Assembly (NCBI RefSeq): GCF_009914755.1
Contig: NC_060947.1
From: the human T2T-CHM13v2.0 reference genome, Homo sapiens
DNA: 64,000 bases
Direction: 5' to 3' (one strand)
Part shown: piece after piece, positions 36,730 through 51,140 of the stretch
Layout of the letters: the number at the start of each line of letters is the position of its first letter
Numbering within the stretch: position 1 is the stretch's first letter
Made by a program: the position numbers and the translations under genes
The notes under the pieces: model-generated
The model's input: the letters and a program-made list of their open reading frames with translations, nothing else
What the model was told of the DNA's origin: nothing
Database searches by the model: none

Positions 36730-38082
36730 CTCAATGTCTCCAGGGCATGTCAGAGGTCTTCATGGCAGCCTCTCCCATCACAGGCCCAGAGGCCTAGGAG
36801 GAAAAAATGGTTTTGTGGGCCAGGCCCAGGGAACCATTGCTGTTTTGTGCAGTCTCGGGATTTGGTGCCCTGCATCACAGCCATGGCTAAAAGGGGACAA
36901 TGTAGAGCTCAGGCCATTGCTTCAGAGGGTGCAAGCCCCAAGGCTTGAAGGCTTACACATGCTATTGCACCTGCGGGTGCAGAGAGTCAAGAATTGAGGT
37001 TTGGGAAACTTCACCTAGATTTCAGAAGATGTATGGAAACTCCTGGATGTCCAGGAAGAAGTTTTCTGCAGGGGTGGGGCCGTCATGGAGAACCTCTGCT
37101 CAGGTAGTGCAGAAGGGAAATGTGGGGTTGGGTGGGAGCCCCAACACAGAGTTCCCACTGGGGCACTGCCTAGTGGAGCTGTGAGAAGAGGGCTACCATC
37201 CTCCAGACCCCAGAATGGTAGATCCAATGAAAGCTTTCACCATGGCACCAGGAAAAGCCACAGATACTCAACACCGGCCTGTGAAAGCAGCTGGGAAGGG
37301 GGCTGTACCCTGCAAAGCTGCAGGGGCAGAGCTGCCCAAGGCCATGTGAGCCCACCTCTTGCATCAGTGTGACCTAGATGTGAGACATGGAGGCAAAGGA
37401 GATCATTTTGGAACTTTAAGGTTTAATGACTGCTCTATTAGATTTCTGGACTTGTGTGGGGCCTGTAGACCCTTTGCTTTGGCCAATTTCTCCCATTTTG
37501 AGCAGGTGTGTTTTCCTAATGCCTATATCCCCATTGTATCTAGGAAGTAACTAAATTGCTTTTGATTTTATAGGCTCATAGGCGAAAGAGACTTGCCTTG
37601 TCTCAGATGAGACTTTGAACTTGGACTTTTGGGTTAATGCTGGAATGAATTAAGACTTTGGGGGACTGTTGGAAGGGCATGATTGTATTTTGAAATGTGA
37701 GGACATGACATTTGGGAGGTACTAGGGGTGGAATAATATGGTTTGGCTCTGTGTCTTCACTTAAATTTCACCTTAAATTGTAATAATCCCCACGTGTCAA
37801 GGGTGGGACTAGGTGGAGATGATTGAATCATGGGGGCAATTTCCCGCATACTGTTCTTGTGATAGTAAGTTCTCATGAGATCTGATGGTTTTGTAAGGGG
37901 CTTCCCCCTTCACTTGGCTCTCATTCTCTCTTCTGCCATTGTGTGAAGAAGGATGTGTTTGCTTCCCCTTCCACCAAGTCCTCCCTAGCCATACGAAACT
38001 GTGAGTCAATTAAGCCTCTTTTCTTTATAAATTACCCAGTCTCGGGTATTTCTTCATAGAAGTGTGAGAACAGACTAATACA
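36730..38082 (+). mobile_element. THE1 MaLR internal fragment plus 3' LTR (37734-38082)
   Basis: THE1-int ORF-like peptides (SSWQPLPSQAQRPRRKKWF); LTR taatatggtttggctctgtgtc...cagactaataca. Confidence 0.88.
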
Positions 38083-38861
38083 GAATCCTAATTAAACTAT
38101 GGACTGTGAGCAACAATGCTTTGTCCATGTATTTTCATCAGTTGTAACAAATGTACCACTCTGGTGCAGGATGTCAGTAGTGGCAGGGGTTGTGTGTTAG
38201 CAGTGTAGAGGAGGTACATGGGAACTCTCTACCTTCTATTCAGTGTTGCTGGTAACCTAAAACAGCTCTAAAGTTTTTAAATTTAAAATGCTGCAAAATG
38301 ATGACTCTGACTTTTTAATATTGGGCTAGATAATTTTCTAATTCTGGACTCACTTGATTGTTCCCAGAAATTTAACTTTGATTGACTAAAATTCATTTTA
38401 GCCCAAATGTTTTACAATTCTGTAAAGTAACAAAGGTGTGATTTTTTTTTTTCCTGAATGGGAAATAAGTGCCATGGCCTTATTGTCTCAAGGAGTAAAT
38501 CAGTTTTGAATTTAACTTAGCAATTTACCTCATCATTTCTTTCCCCCAAAACTATAAGTCCTTCAAATCTTTTCGAACCAGCTCTTCATTCTGCTCCTCC
38601 CTCACTGATTAGTTAAATAAAACTTTGACCCATAATCACTATCTGTTTGTGTGGGAATTTTATGATTAAAAAGAATTGGTAATTGTAACTTTACATCATC
38701 CTACAATCAAGGACGGCCTGCTCTTGTGGGGGCCCTGGCCTTCTGTTGGTCAGGAACAATGTAAAAGTTCTTATTTAGAGCACAATGAGGCAAATGAAAA
38801 GGGAACAGACAGTGACCAACTGTTACTTAAATCTAACCTGTAAAAGAAAGATTCTTTTTTT

Positions 38862-40046
<1,185 letters not shown>

Positions 40047-40199
40047 TTATTTTTTTATTTTTTTTATCTTATAAGTAATTCCTTTGCTCTCCTCTGGCTC
40101 TCATGTATCCTCATTATTAAATAGTTATGCCATCTAGTCCAGATTCCATTTCAGAAACCTTTCAGTATTTTTACCATTCGAAGATTTGCAGTTTAATCT

Positions 40200-40672
40200 T
40201 TTTATTAGTTTTCTAGAGTGACTGTACCAAAGTACCACACTAGGTGGCTAAAGCAATAGAAATGGAATGTCTCACATTTCTGGAGTCCAGAAGACCATCA
40301 AAGTATTGTCAGTGTTGGTTCCTTCTGAGAGTGGTGGGGGAGAATCTGCTCAGAGACCTTTCTCCTAGCTTCTGGGGCTTTACTGCCAATCTTTGGCATT
40401 CACTGGTTTGTGGAAGCATCACCCCAATCTCTGCCTTCATCTTCACATGGTGTTCTCCCTGAGCATCTTCATGTTTCTGTGTTCAAATTTCCTTGCTATA
40501 AGGACACTTGTCACATTGGATTAGGGGCCCACACCACTCCAGCTTGATTTCATGTTAACTAAGTACATCTACAATGACCCTATTTTCAAATAAGGTCACA
40601 TTCTGAGGTGCTAAGGATTAGGACTTCACCATATGAATTGAGGTATGGGGAGACATAATTCAACCCATAACA
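40200..40672 (-). mobile_element. MLT1-type MaLR LTR
   Basis: caaagtaccacactaggtggcta...aaggtcacattctgaggt...aattcaacccataaca. Confidence 0.75.
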
Positions 40673-41049
40673 GTCTTAAATTAAGAGGTGTAATTTCTGT
40701 CCATTTGTGTATTTTCCCAGAGAAATTTCTTAAAGTCCAAATAAAAAACTTAATTGGTCCAATAATGATGATTCAGAGGAGCTATTGTTATCTGAGCTTC
40801 TATAAAAATTAGCGTGCTTTGGGCTGCAAGTACCAAAAGTGTGACTCAATGCCAGCCATATGAATGAACCATCTTGGGTGCCCAGCCCTGTTGAGTCTTT
40901 AGACTTGATTCTCAACTCATATCTCAATGCAACCACATGAGAGATCCCATGAGTGAACTGCCCAGCTAAACCTTCTCTCAATTTCTCACTTACAAAATTG
41001 TGAGCAGAATAAAATGGTTGTTTTAAGCCAGTATGTTTTGGGTAGCTGG

Positions 41050-41900
41050 TTGTGCAGGAATAGTAACTTAATGGGAAGAAATATCCAAAGTAAATAAATA
41101 ACTCCTATGAAAGAATTAAAAAAGAGAAGCACCCCAGTTGAGAATTGAGACAAAAATAGGAATTTCAATCAAGAGGAATAAAAAATGCCCCCCCAACCAA
41201 GGTATTAAATCTAATTCATAATCATAGAAATTCTACATAAAAGCATAATAACAATTGACATTCCTCAGGATTAACAACATTTAAGTCACACAATATGAAA
41301 TGTTAGTGATGATATGGAGCTTGATGGAAACATAAATTTGTACAGCAACCCAGAAGACAATTTGGCAATGTCTCTGAATACTAAAGATAGTCTTTGATTC
41401 AGCAATGCCATGGCTAGGTACATAACTTAGAGGAACTCTCCAAGAATATTTAAAGCAGCATTGTTTCTGATAGTAAAAATGGGAAACAACTTAAATATCT
41501 GTCAATGGGAAAATTGATAAATTTTGGTACACACACACACACAATGGAATACTATACAGAAGTGAAAATTGAGGAATAAAATTTGCTTATATCAAAATGG
41601 TGATTCTCACAAACAATAATTAGTTAATACAGTGATGACTATGAATAGTATGATATCATTTCTGCCAAGTGTAAAAGAGACAAAGACAATTTTTTAGGGA
41701 TATAGTCATTTGCAGAAAAAGCACGAAGAAATGCACATGGAGGACAAGAGTGGGAGACAACAGGGAAGGAATCTGCAGGCGCTTACCCTCACTGGCAGTG
41801 TTTTATGTCTTCATCCAGTTACTACATTCAGGAGTACTGGATGTACTTTTTAAGTACGTTTTGTATGTTAAATATTGCAGAATGTATTTTATAAAGTATT
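41050..41900 (+). mobile_element. Ancient L1M(E) 3' fragment
   Basis: caatttggcaat...gcagcattgtttctgatag...caatggaatactat similarity. Confidence 0.55.
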
Positions 41901-43229
41901 TAATTACCAGAAACTCTTTAAAAAATTCCCAGGCCTGTTTCAGACTCAGCAGATCAGATTGCAGAGGTGGGGCCCATGAATCTGCCCCTTTTGTGACCCC
42001 GATAGTCACTACTGGTCTAAGCCAGGGCAAGGCCACCCCGGTGGAGGTTGCTTCCTTCATGCTGTATTATGTTTTTCACTTTACAAGTAATAATGTTTAT
42101 CCATCAGTTCCCCAACTTTGGTGCTGCTGTGTTATCTACCATGCAAGGAGATGGGGAAGCAAAAGTAATTAAGACATTTCCACTGGTTTCAAGGGCAAAG
42201 GTTAACTCCAATATAAAGGAGTTCTAAAACTTTTCAAATTGGACATATTCACATCTATTGTCTTGATACCAGTGTTTCCAAATCCTTTTTTCCCAATGCC
42301 CAGAACATCCACAGATCACTGCGTCTGTCTGGGAACTTCACAGGCTTCTTTCCGGAGACATTCCAGACACGCCCCTCTGCCTTGGCATGAATACTTGGCA
42401 TCTCCCCTTGACATCTCAAGCTTTGTCATTTACTCACTGTGTGACCTTGGGCCAGTAGTGTCCCTTCTCTGAACCTCTGTTTCCACCCCTGCAAGTTGGG
42501 CAGATGAAGGTTCAGTTTGAAGCTGGTTGAGCCCTTGGAGTGACAAAGCAAGGGACTGTGAATGGACAAAAATGAGAGAAATAAATTCTAATAGGCATGA
42601 AGCAACCAGGGGAGAAATAGTCCCAATTCTACCCAAAGACTGATGGGCACTAATTTAGAATCCAGTCTCAATTCTACCTTCAATACGGTGTGTGACCTTG
42701 AAAATGTCTCTTAATCTCTCTGAGCCTCATGAGTCAAATCAGGATAATGTTAATACCTGCTTCAGAGTTCTGGTGAGGAGCAAATGAAATAACTCCTGTA
42801 AAGATGTTTCAGGAATTCTGTCTGACCAGGAAAAAGCCCTTGGGGCCATTTCTTCTTGGTCCCTGACAAGTGCCAGGCTGACGAGCAGAACTCAGGGTGG
42901 GGCAGGAAGTCAGTGGACAGTTTTGTGCCCCACTCACTGCAAGGTGGCCTCCCAGACTTGGCTGGATGGGTGAACCTGGCCTGAAAATCAACCACAAGCC
43001 CCTTTTCGTTGTGTTTGGAGAGGAGCTGAAGCTGTGTGAATAGGAGTTGAGCATGCGGCTGACAGAGCAGGCAGGACCCACAGAACACCTGGGCCCACTG
43101 CCTGAGGGACAGTCACTCCCTTCTTCATTTGGCTGCTGCCCTGGGATCAAACGGATACAATAGAACCCACGGCGCACGGCTGCCAAGGAAGGGCAGGCCC
43201 AAGGGATTGGGCTCCAAGTCCTGGAAGTG

Positions 43230-44480
43230 GTTTCCCAAGTCACTAGATTTGCAGCGCACAAAACCGGAAAGGTCCCGGTAAACCTGTCCACTGGCACCTG
43301 GGCAGCGAAGCGCTTTGGCCGGAGGGCCTCAGGTCCCAGCAGCGGGATGGACAGCGGGGAGATGGCTGACCCTCCTTGGGGTGGTGTGCGTGACCTGCAT
43401 GAGTGCCTGGGGCATCTCCTGCACGGAATGGCACCCGCACCAGGTGCCCCTGGCCTCGCCAGCCAGAGGACCAGTCCTGGACGGGGAGGGGGAGGACAAG
43501 AGCAGGTGAACAGGCCCCAGAACCCGGCTCCCTGACCCTGGCCATAATGCAGAGCTGCCTGGCGCACCTCAGACCACTCCCTGGCCCTCTGGTGGGCACG
43601 CCGGGGTGCAGACCCCTCGCCCCGCTGGCACCTCCGTGGCACGTGCGGGAGGGGCAGGAGCCGGGACCAGGAACCGCTGTGGTGAGAGCCAAAGGCACGG
43701 GGACTGGCCGCCACAGACCTTTGGCCACCGCAGTGGGGATGGGGGTGGGCGGGCGCTTGTGTGCCCGGGGGCCCGGGGGCCCCCGTGGCGAGGGGGCTAG
43801 GGGAGAGGAGCAGGTGACGTCACCCGGGGACCTGGGGCCCCCAGGGGCGGCGGCGAGAGCCCGACCTCGTGACCCGTCCGCGCCAATGGCCCTGCGGTCT
43901 CCCGGACGACGCGGAGGGGTCCGCGCTGCACCGCCGCCGCGCCCCCGCCCCGTGTCCGCACTGCAGAGAGCCGCGGCGAGCAGGCGCCGGCGCACTGGCC
44001 CACGTGCTGCGCGAGCGAGGGAGAGCCACAGTCTGAGCGAACGTCCGCGCTGGGAGCCAGGGGTGCCCGACCCCCGTCCGCCGCCGCCGCCGCCGCCGCG
44101 CATAGCCCCCGGAGAGCCCTCTGGGGACCCCGACCAGAAGGGACCTTGCCCTGGGAGAAGGTAACAGACCCACCTGGGGAGGGAGACGCTGGGCCCCGGG
44201 AGACTCCGCCGCCCCTCGCCTGTCCGCCCTATCAGAACTGAAGCAGCCTGCAGGGCAGGGGTCCAGGGTCCTGGGGCAGCGCGGGGAGGGGGCTGAGGCC
44301 CGCAGAGACCCCACGGGGGGTGGGGGTGGGGGGCTGGGCAGGGGCGGGGCCTGGCTGCAGAGGCGCCGCCCGGGGAGGAGGGCGGCTGGGGGTGGGGGTG
44401 GGGGTGGGCGTGGATGTGGGCGTGCGGAGAGGTGGGCATTAACCTCGCTCTCGCCCTGCTCGCATTCACAGGCTGTGGAG
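43230..44480 (+). promoter_or_regulatory. PNMA3 CpG-island promoter, non-coding exon 1 and intron (44161-44471)
   Basis: CpG-rich; perfect CRE TGACGTCA at 43815-43822, CCAAT and GC boxes; donor AAG|GTAACA; branch-like CATTAAC and acceptor TCACAG|. Confidence 0.8.
44078..44098 (+). repeat. (CCG)7 in the PNMA3 5'UTR exon
   Basis: Read directly. Confidence 0.9.
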
Positions 44481-44577
44481 ACCTGGGCCTTCTGCGATCA
44501 CCCTAGGAGTTGATCCAGATATGTGCCTCACGCCCTGATCACTACCCCCAAATTAGTATCCGCAGAGATTCGAGGAC

Positions 44578-45969
44578 ATGCCGTTGACCTTGTTACAGGA
44601 CTGGTGTCGGGGGGAACACCTGAACACCCGGAGGTGCATGCTCATCCTGGGGATCCCCGAGGACTGTGGCGAGGATGAGTTTGAGGAGACACTCCAGGAG
44701 GCTTGCAGGCACCTGGGCAGATACAGGGTGATTGGCAGGATGTTTAGGAGGGAGGAGAACGCCCAGGCGATTCTACTGGAGCTGGCACAAGATATCGACT
44801 ATGCTTTGCTCCCAAGGGAAATACCAGGAAAGGGGGGGCCCTGGGAAGTGATTGTAAAACCCCGTAACTCAGATGGGGAATTTCTCAACAGACTGAACCG
44901 CTTCTTAGAGGAGGAGAGGCGGACCGTGTCAGATATGAACCGAGTCCTCGGGTCGGACACCAATTGTTCGGCTCCAAGAGTGACTATATCACCAGAGTTC
45001 TGGACCTGGGCCCAGACTCTGGGGGCAGCAGTGCAGCCTCTGCTAGAACAAATGTTGTACCGAGAACTAAGAGTGTTTTCTGGGAACACCATATCCATCC
45101 CAGGTGCACTGGCCTTTGATGCCTGGCTTGAGCACACCACTGAGATGCTACAGATGTGGCAGGTGCCCGAGGGGGAAAAGAGGCGGAGGCTGATGGAATG
45201 CTTACGGGGCCCTGCTCTCCAGGTGGTCAGTGGGCTCCGGGCCAGCAATGCTTCCATAACTGTGGAGGAGTGCCTGGCTGCCTTGCAGCAGGTGTTCGGA
45301 CCTGTGGAGAGCCATAAAATTGCCCAGGTGAAGTTGTGTAAAGCCTATCAGGAGGCAGGAGAGAAAGTATCTAGCTTTGTGTTACGTTTGGAACCCCTGC
45401 TCCAAAGAGCTGTAGAAAACAATGTGGTATCACGTAGAAACGTGAATCAGACTCGCCTGAAACGAGTCTTAAGTGGGGCCACCCTTCCTGACAAACTCCG
45501 AGATAAGCTTAAGCTGATGAAACAGCGAAGGAAGCCTCCTGGTTTCCTGGCCCTGGTGAAGCTCCTGCGTGAGGAGGAGGAATGGGAGGCCACTTTAGGT
45601 CCAGATAGGGAGAGTCTGGAGGGGCTGGAAGTAGCCCCAAGGCCACCTGCCAGGATCACTGGGGTTGGGGCAGTACCTCTCCCTGCCTCTGGCAACAGTT
45701 TTGATGCGAGGCCTTCCCAGGGCTACCGGCGCCGGAGGGGCAGAGGCCAACACCGAAGGGGTGGTGTGGCAAGGGCTGGCTCTCGAGGCTCAAGAAAACG
45801 GAAACGCCACACATTCTGCTATAGCTGTGGGGAAGACGGCCACATCAGGGTACAGTGCATCAACCCCTCCAACCTGCTCTTGGTAAAGCAGAAGAAACAG
45901 GCTGCAGTTGAGTCGGGAAACGGGAACTGGGCTTGGGACAAGAGCCATCCCAAGTCCAAGGCCAAGTAG
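44578..45969 (+). CDS. PNMA3: Paraneoplastic antigen Ma3 (Gag-like: N-terminal domain, capsid-like domain, CCHC zinc knuckle), 463 aa
   Basis: MPLTLLQDWCRGEHLNTRRCMLILGIP... recognised; CYSCGEDGHIRVQC knuckle at 45817-45858. Confidence 0.98.
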   Translation: MPLTLLQDWCRGEHLNTRRCMLILGIPEDCGEDEFEETLQEACRHLGRYRVIGRMFRREENAQAILLELAQDIDYALLPREIPGKGGPWEVIVKPRNSDGEFLNRLNRFLEEERRTVSDMNRVLGSDTNCSAPRVTISPEFWTWAQTLGAAVQPLLEQMLYRELRVFSGNTISIPGALAFDAWLEHTTEMLQMWQVPEGEKRRRLMECLRGPALQVVSGLRASNASITVEECLAALQQVFGPVESHKIAQVKLCKAYQEAGEKVSSFVLRLEPLLQRAVENNVVSRRNVNQTRLKRVLSGATLPDKLRDKLKLMKQRRKPPGFLALVKLLREEEEWEATLGPDRESLEGLEVAPRPPARITGVGAVPLPASGNSFDARPSQGYRRRRGRGQHRRGGVARAGSRGSRKRKRHTFCYSCGEDGHIRVQCINPSNLLLVKQKKQAAVESGNGNWAWDKSHPKSKAK

Positions 45970-45973
45970 GCTC
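45915..45973 (+). other. PNMA3: -1 programmed ribosomal frameshift signal (slippery heptamer plus H-type pseudoknot)
   Basis: In-frame G GGA AAC (45915-45921), 6-nt spacer, stem1 TGGGCTTGGGA/TCCCAAGTCCA (45928-38/45948-58), stem2 GAGCC/GGCTC (45942-46/45969-73). A PNMA3 frameshift signal is known from the literature. Confidence 0.92.
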
Positions 45974-46706
45974 GGGAGAACAGGGCAACATTTCCTACCA
46001 CAGGCCAAGGAGACAAAAGAGATATTGGAAGGAGGGGAAAGAGAAGCCCAGACAAACAGCAGATGAGTTGAGTGGGGCAGAGGGACAGGGCAGCCAGACC
46101 AAGGCCAAGCCTTCTCACCCTTGGCCAGCTGGAAGGGACTTCAGCAACCAAGACCACCTGGCAACAGGCTCAGTGGGGGTCAGGTCCAGGTCCCCGAAGA
46201 GGTGCTGGAGAGGAAAGCAGGGAGCCACTGCATCCAGCACATGGGGTGCCTGGGCCTCAGATGGGGACCCCAAAGAAGCAGAAGCTGAAGAAGGTACGGC
46301 TGGGGGTTCTGTCCTGCTCATCCAACCACCCCTAAATACCCACCCTGTGGACTTTGAGCTGAACATGCCCACTGGCCCCCAGGCCACATGGGACCTGGAG
46401 GAGCCTACCTGGGGCCTGCCCCTGCCAGCAGGTGCCAGGGCTGGTGAGGAAGAGCTGGGGGGCAGAGGTAAAGCCCTGCAGGGGAGGCCACAGGGTCCAT
46501 CCCGTCTTCAGGATCATCTACACTGCACTAGGGGAGCCCCAGGAAGGCAGCACCCTGGAGGCCCTGTGCCAGTGAGGACAGGAGACCCTAAGGCCCCGGG
46601 AGCCCAGTGCCAGCCAGAGGTTGTGCAGGCAAGGAGACCAAAGATTGATGAGAAGACCCCCAGCAGGGGTACTGGGTACCCGGCAGGCCAGTGCCCTCAC
46701 AGTTGA
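45921..46706 (+). CDS. PNMA3: -1 frame extension of PNMA3 (261 codons; fusion about 709 aa)
   Basis: The -1 frame is open from the slip site to TGA 46704-46706. Confidence 0.6.
   Translation, partial: RELGLGQEPSQVQGQVGSGEQGNISYHRPRRQKRYWKEGKEKPRQTADELSGAEGQGSQTKAKPSHPWPAGRDFSNQDHLATGSVGVRSRSPKRCWRGKQGATASSTWGAWASDGDPKEAEAEEGTAGGSVLLIQPPLNTHPVDFELNMPTGPQATWDLEEPTWGLPLPAGARAGEEELGGRGKALQGRPQGPSRLQDHLHCTRGAPGRQHPGGPVPVRTGDPKAPGAQCQPEVVQARRPKIDEKTPSRGTGYPAGQCPHS
46004..46066 (+). CDS. PNMA3: Alternative spliced PNMA3 C-terminus AKETKEILEGGEREAQTNSR* (455-aa isoform; intron 45883-46003)
   Basis: Donor TTG|GTAAAG and acceptor tttcctaccacag|GCC. Matches my recollection of a 455-aa PNMA3 isoform. 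Confidence 0.75.
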   Translation, partial: AKETKEILEGGEREAQTNSR

Positions 46707-47964
46707 CTTGGACCAGGGTGGCTGTGAAGGGAAGTCTTTGTTGCAAAGGAGGAGGAGGAAAAGGGAGGACTTGGTAGGGTTTTGTTTCTTCTGCTTGTTT
46801 CTGTACAGGGCCACCAGACTCCTGGAGAGATCAAGCAAGGAGAACCTGGGGCTGCCATGGCCAAAGCAACTCAACAGATGCCAATGCCAATTCCAAGGCC
46901 AGCCACAACCCTGCCACCTTGGGGAATCCAGCCTGGAGGCATCCCCTAAGCAGCCAGCCATGGCCTGGGTGGAGGCACCTGAAGACGTCTGTCCCAAACT
47001 CCCCCAGCCCTGAGCTGGGAGATGACAGGGGGAAAGAGGCCCTCTCAAGGGTGCCAGATGCCTGGGTCTCCCAAGAGGGGTCCCCCAACTCACCGTTCCC
47101 GGGACAGGCTGCCCCCTGTTCCAGGAAGCTCATCCTCACCTGTGTAGGCCCCTGTAGTGACCCACGCGTCCAGCAGACGCCCACCCACCGCTAGCCGTTG
47201 TTCCTGTGCAAAGTAGTGTGCTATGCACCCACCCAGGTGGCCGCCTCTGGGCCCAAGGCACATGCTGTGAGCTTCCTGTGAGCCCAGGCTCTGCTCACTG
47301 CTGTCCCGCGTCATGAGCACCACCTCTGCTTTCCCTGTGTAGATCTAGGCCAGTGGCTGCTTGTTCTTGTGGAGCTGTGTGTGTTCTTCTCTGAGCAGCT
47401 CCTCCCCGGAGTCCCCCAGCACAGTCCCAGGAGATGACAGGAAGGAAGCACCAGGGCAAGGCGGACGCTCACCCTGTGACCACGATGGTGACCGTGACTG
47501 TGGGAGGAAGAACTGGACCCAGGACAGAGCGGGGCTGCCCTGCCTGAGGCTCCCGAGGAGCTTTGTGCTTTGGTGTTCCACCCCTGTTGTTACTCATGAC
47601 TCAGTTTCCTTGACCTGGTAGGGTGTTCCCTGCTGTGTTTTCCAGTGTCCTGTGACTGTCCTGTGCGGGCCATAGGGCAGGGCCCTGCCCCAGCAGATGG
47701 GCTTGGGAGGGGGCTCCCTAAAGCCAGTGGACACTGCCAGAGTCTACCTTCCTGGCAAGAGGCAGACCCCGGGGCCCTCAGGAAGGAGGGAGTTGGCAGC
47801 GGGGGCTGCAGCAGGAGTAGGAGCAGATGAGGCGTCTTGCCAGGAACCTCAGGAGGAGGGGGCCCGGGACCTGTGTGGGACCTGTGTCCTGTGGTGGCCG
47901 TTTGCAGTTTCTCTCTGTGTTGTGATTCCCTTCTCTTCAACGGTTTCAGTACGTGTTTCTCTTC

Positions 47965-47970
47965 AATAAA
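47965..47970 (+). terminator. PNMA3 poly(A) signal
   Basis: AATAAA ending the shared PNMA 3'UTR module, followed by a GU-rich element. Confidence 0.8.
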
Positions 47971-48394
47971 CTTCATTCAGTGTTCCAGCCGGCCTCGCCT
48001 CTGCTGTGGGAAACTGGGGATGAGGTTGGCTGGGGATGGGGTTGGGGTGGAGTGAGGGCCACAGTGGCTTTGTTAACACTGGTGTATACTTGGGGCTCGG
48101 TCTGCAAGGCATTCTAGAATGCCCTATCTGCGCATGTTGGTCATGAGCTAGGGTTCACGGCCCACGGACCCAGGCAAAGAAACCCAGCTGAGCAGGCTGG
48201 ATAGTCCCAGTAGACAGGACACTGGTAGGCCCAGGCAGTGGCTGGTTGGGTCCTCAGGGCACTGGTTGAGCTTCTCAGAAATGAATAACATATTTAAGGA
48301 AGGGTGAGGGACAGCAGGCTGGACCAGTGGCCCCAGGATCCCTTGTATCACTATTGGGCTTCCACACCTGGAGCATCAAAACCAGGCCCATCTC

Positions 48395-48890
48395 TGTGAG
48401 TGTGTGTGAGATGGTGAATATGTGTGAGTATGCGTACTAGTGATTGTGTGAGAGTGAGTGTAGGAGAGTTTGTGTGTGTCATGTGTCAGCGAATGTGTGA
48501 ATATGTGAGTGTGTGAGATGGTGTGTGAATATGTTAATGTGTGTTTGTATTTGAGTGTGAGTATGCATCAGTTTTTGTGTGTGAGTGAATGTGTGTTAGT
48601 GGTCAAATGTATGTTTATGTGTTTAATGTATATGTGTGTTAGTAAAAGTATGTGAATATGTGAGAGTGAGACGGTGTGTGAATGTGTGTATGACAGTGAA
48701 TGTGTGGGTGACTTTGTGTTGTTGAGTGTGCACATGAGTGAATGTGTGTTTCAGAGTGTGTTAATGTTTATGAGTTTGTGTGTGCATATGCGTGAATGTG
48801 TGGAATGGGTGAGTGTGTGAGTATGTGTGTTAGTGTGTATGAGACAGTTTATGAGAGGGTGTGTGAATTTTCGTGTGAGTGCAAATGTTG
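48395..48890. repeat. GT-rich low-complexity tract
   Basis: Degenerate (TG)n/(TGAG)n. Confidence 0.85.
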
Positions 48891-49179
48891 GGTGATTGAT
48901 TTTTTTTTTATTTCTTTAAGGGATCAAGAGGGTTGGAAAGAAGGCAGAGAGAGGTAGAAGTTTCTTTGCCACCAAACAGCAGTGAGACTTTTGTTGCCTC
49001 TAGGCTGATGGCCCTAGAGCTGGGCCTACTAGCTAATCATCCATTTCTGACCCCTGGCACATTCCTATTTTTAAGGTTCACATGGCTTCTTGGCCTTTTG
49101 GCTACGATCAAGTGCAGTATCTATTTTAAGGTCCCTAATCTAAAAATAGATATGTGTTACAGTTATTGTGTGATTAAAG

Positions 49180-51140
<1,961 letters not shown>

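Noticed and set aside
42809-44469. Long ORFs (301 and 408 aa on minus, 253 aa on plus) over the PNMA3 promoter, and similar ones at 59250-60700
   Set aside because: GC-rich CpG-island open frames of low complexity; the frames are not preserved between the two paralogous promoters.
45933-46706. Pol/aspartic protease downstream of the PNMA3 frameshift
   Set aside because: No D(S/T)G catalytic motif or RT motifs in the translation.
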